From Candidatus Poribacteria bacterium (GTDB taxonomy: Bacteria > Poribacteria > WGA-4E > PCPOR2b): 64,000 nucleotides of DNA. Made by a program: the position numbers and the translations under genes. The notes beneath the pieces were generated by a model. It had not been told where the DNA came from, ran no database searches, and saw only the letters and a list, made by a program, of their open reading frames with translations. Shown in pieces: positions 62,120 to 64,000 of the stretch (its first letter is position 1; each line of letters starts with the position of its first letter). The stretch spans positions 32,001 through 96,000 of the forward strand of contig OZ240245.1 in the NCBI GenBank assembly GCA_965198175.1, written 5' to 3'.

Positions 62120-63121
62120 ATGAAATCGAAAACTATCGTATTCACGGGCAAACAGCGTTCAGAGATTATCGAAGATGAAATATCTGCCCCCGGTCCTGAC
62201 GAAATGTTGGTACGAACAACAGTAAGTTTAATCAGTACTGGCACGGAGTGTTTCTGTTTTCGCGGCGAATTTGACGAAGACACGGTGTGGTCGAAATGGG
62301 TGAAATACCCATTCTATCCGGGCTACAGCGCGGTTGGCGAAGTGATGGAGGTTGGAGGGAATATTTCCCAGTTCAAAAAGGGAGATAGCGTTTATACGGG
62401 CGGTGCACACGCTGAATATCGATTGGTTCGTCCCGAACATGTAATCCGATTGCCAGAAGGTATCACAGACGAAGCTGCCTCTTGGTCAACTTTGGCGTTT
62501 ATCACGCAGACTGCGGTGCGTCGAGCGGAACACACGATGGGCGACACCGCAGTGGTCGTCGGTCTGGGGCCTTTGGGACAGTTAGTGACGCAATATCTTG
62601 GAATAATCGGGCTACGTGCCATTCTTGCAGTTGACACTGTCTCTCAACGACTGGAAACGGCTGCTCATTTCGGAGCAACAGCGACCTTCAACGGCATTGC
62701 GGCTGATGCGCGAAACTTCGTTGCAGAGCACACCGAAGGCAAACTCGCCGATGTCGTGTACGACGTGACGGGCAACTGGAAAGTCTTTCCGACAGCACTG
62801 CCACTCGCCCGCGATTTCGGTCGGACCGTGCTATTGGGCGATTCACCGGAGCCGTCCAAACAACATTTAACGCAGGACATCCTCGCTCGGCAGGTTACAG
62901 TGATTGGCACGCACAACGCTAGACTTCAACCCCAATATGCTCACTGGACGAGAGATCGCCAAATCGGGCTGTTTTATGAATATATCAAACGAGGAGTTTT
63001 GCACCTGGATGACTTAATCACACACCGATACCAACCCGATGAAGCCGCTCAAGTCTACCGACAACTCCTACACCATAGGCGCGGAACACTTGGCGCTCTA
63101 TTCGATTGGAGACCATTGTAG
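62120..63121 (+). CDS. MDR (zinc-binding alcohol dehydrogenase-like) family oxidoreductase
   Basis: SLISTGTE, YPFYPGYS.VG, VVGLGPLG, YDVTG. Confidence 0.85.
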   Translation: MKSKTIVFTGKQRSEIIEDEISAPGPDEMLVRTTVSLISTGTECFCFRGEFDEDTVWSKWVKYPFYPGYSAVGEVMEVGGNISQFKKGDSVYTGGAHAEYRLVRPEHVIRLPEGITDEAASWSTLAFITQTAVRRAEHTMGDTAVVVGLGPLGQLVTQYLGIIGLRAILAVDTVSQRLETAAHFGATATFNGIAADARNFVAEHTEGKLADVVYDVTGNWKVFPTALPLARDFGRTVLLGDSPEPSKQHLTQDILARQVTVIGTHNARLQPQYAHWTRDRQIGLFYEYIKRGVLHLDDLITHRYQPDEAAQVYRQLLHHRRGTLGALFDWRPL

Positions 63122-63211
63122 TGTTGGCGCGAACCAACCATCGAGCTGACAATGGAACACAAAACAGGAAAATGAACGATCCCCAACGTCAAGAAACGAA
63201 CTCTGGAGGTC

Positions 63212-63754
63212 ATGATGATTATCGCAACATTGGACTTGGAAAACCCTGACCACTTACAACTGGTTAAAGGGCAGTGGCGCTATGCCGATGGGCTGGTTCC
63301 GGGAGAGCCTAACGGCGGTCTAGTCGACCAACTCATGCAATCCCCGGCGCGGCTAGCGGACTATGACGATTCTGGCTGGACGGTATGCCAGAACTTACAA
63401 GAGGGAGTTTCAAAAGGCTTTTGCTTCGGCTGGTATCGTATCGGGGTCACACTACCGGAAGGGGTCGGTGGTGTGAACATTCGTGGCACCCAGATGTGGT
63501 TTGCGACCTGCGTTGACGATTACGGCGAAATCTGGATTGACGGCGAGTGTGACATTGCGTACGGGGAGTCCGGGCGTGGTGCAATATCGGGCCACAACGC
63601 ACCACAGCGTGTGCAAATCTGCGAGACTGCGCATCCGGGTGACCGGCACGTCATCGCGTGTCTCGCAGTTAACGGTCCAATCGCGTGCCCGGGCGGTGGT
63701 ATCTACCTTCGCTACGCGAGGTTAGAGTTTGGGCGGGTCGATTCACAGCCATAA
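63212..63754 (+). CDS. Hypothetical galactose-binding-like jellyroll protein
   Basis: YDDSGW, GWYR, VDDYGEIWIDG, LAVNGP; GGAGG RBS. Confidence 0.6.
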   Translation: MMIIATLDLENPDHLQLVKGQWRYADGLVPGEPNGGLVDQLMQSPARLADYDDSGWTVCQNLQEGVSKGFCFGWYRIGVTLPEGVGGVNIRGTQMWFATCVDDYGEIWIDGECDIAYGESGRGAISGHNAPQRVQICETAHPGDRHVIACLAVNGPIACPGGGIYLRYARLEFGRVDSQP

Positions 63755-63904
63755 TTGACACGGGCAAGCCGTAGTGAATGAGCAGACTCGATCCAATCCG
63801 AATTTATCGACGGATACACTTTACTGCAATCTCCAACAGCGAACTTTTGAGCCCACCGCTCCATATCCCCACCTTCGCTAAGCATTGTTTAGCATATCAA
63901 AAAG

Positions 63905-64000
63905 ATGACATCTCCTTCACCCACGAGAAGTGTGACTCTCCGCGCCGTGCTGATTGCGCTCATTCTTACCGTCCCCAACACCTACTGGCTGATGATCAGT
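63905..64000 (+). CDS. Start of a membrane protein (DUF6785-like), truncated by window
   Basis: MTSPSPTRSVTLRAVLIALILTVPNTYWLMIS. Confidence 0.45.
   Translation, partial: MTSPSPTRSVTLRAVLIALILTVPNTYWLMIS

Overview
Bacterial chromosomal window, probably Candidatus Poribacteria. This is an inference from several secreted LamG proteins with a shared ...TTW..IK C-terminal tail, CRTAC1/ASPIC, DUF4159-like, PhyH-like and DUF6785-like genes. Core and metabolic genes include hisA, gspG, a polyprenyl synthase, an Fe3+ ABC operon, bfr, nadB, purA, rplM-rpsI, prmA, tRNA-Lys/tRNA-Glu and many SDR/MDR/cupin enzymes. They surround an accessory island (~32.3-45.8 kb) with an orphan TerS-TerL terminase pair, triplicated promoter+REPIN modules driving repeat-rich secreted paralogues, an intact IS5-family element inserted in a lipoprotein gene, a Cre-like recombinase and a thermonuclease. 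Main highlights: (1) an in-frame UGA joining two ORFs into one DUF4159-like protein, followed by a hairpin with an fdhF-type SECIS loop (candidate new selenoprotein); (2) a consensus promoter plus Fur box downstream of bfr that fires antisense to bfr and toward the iron-uptake operon, next to a stand-alone dsRBD gene; (3) a degenerate 34-bp repeat found about 10 times, always in the same orientation and often nested in palindromic repeats.
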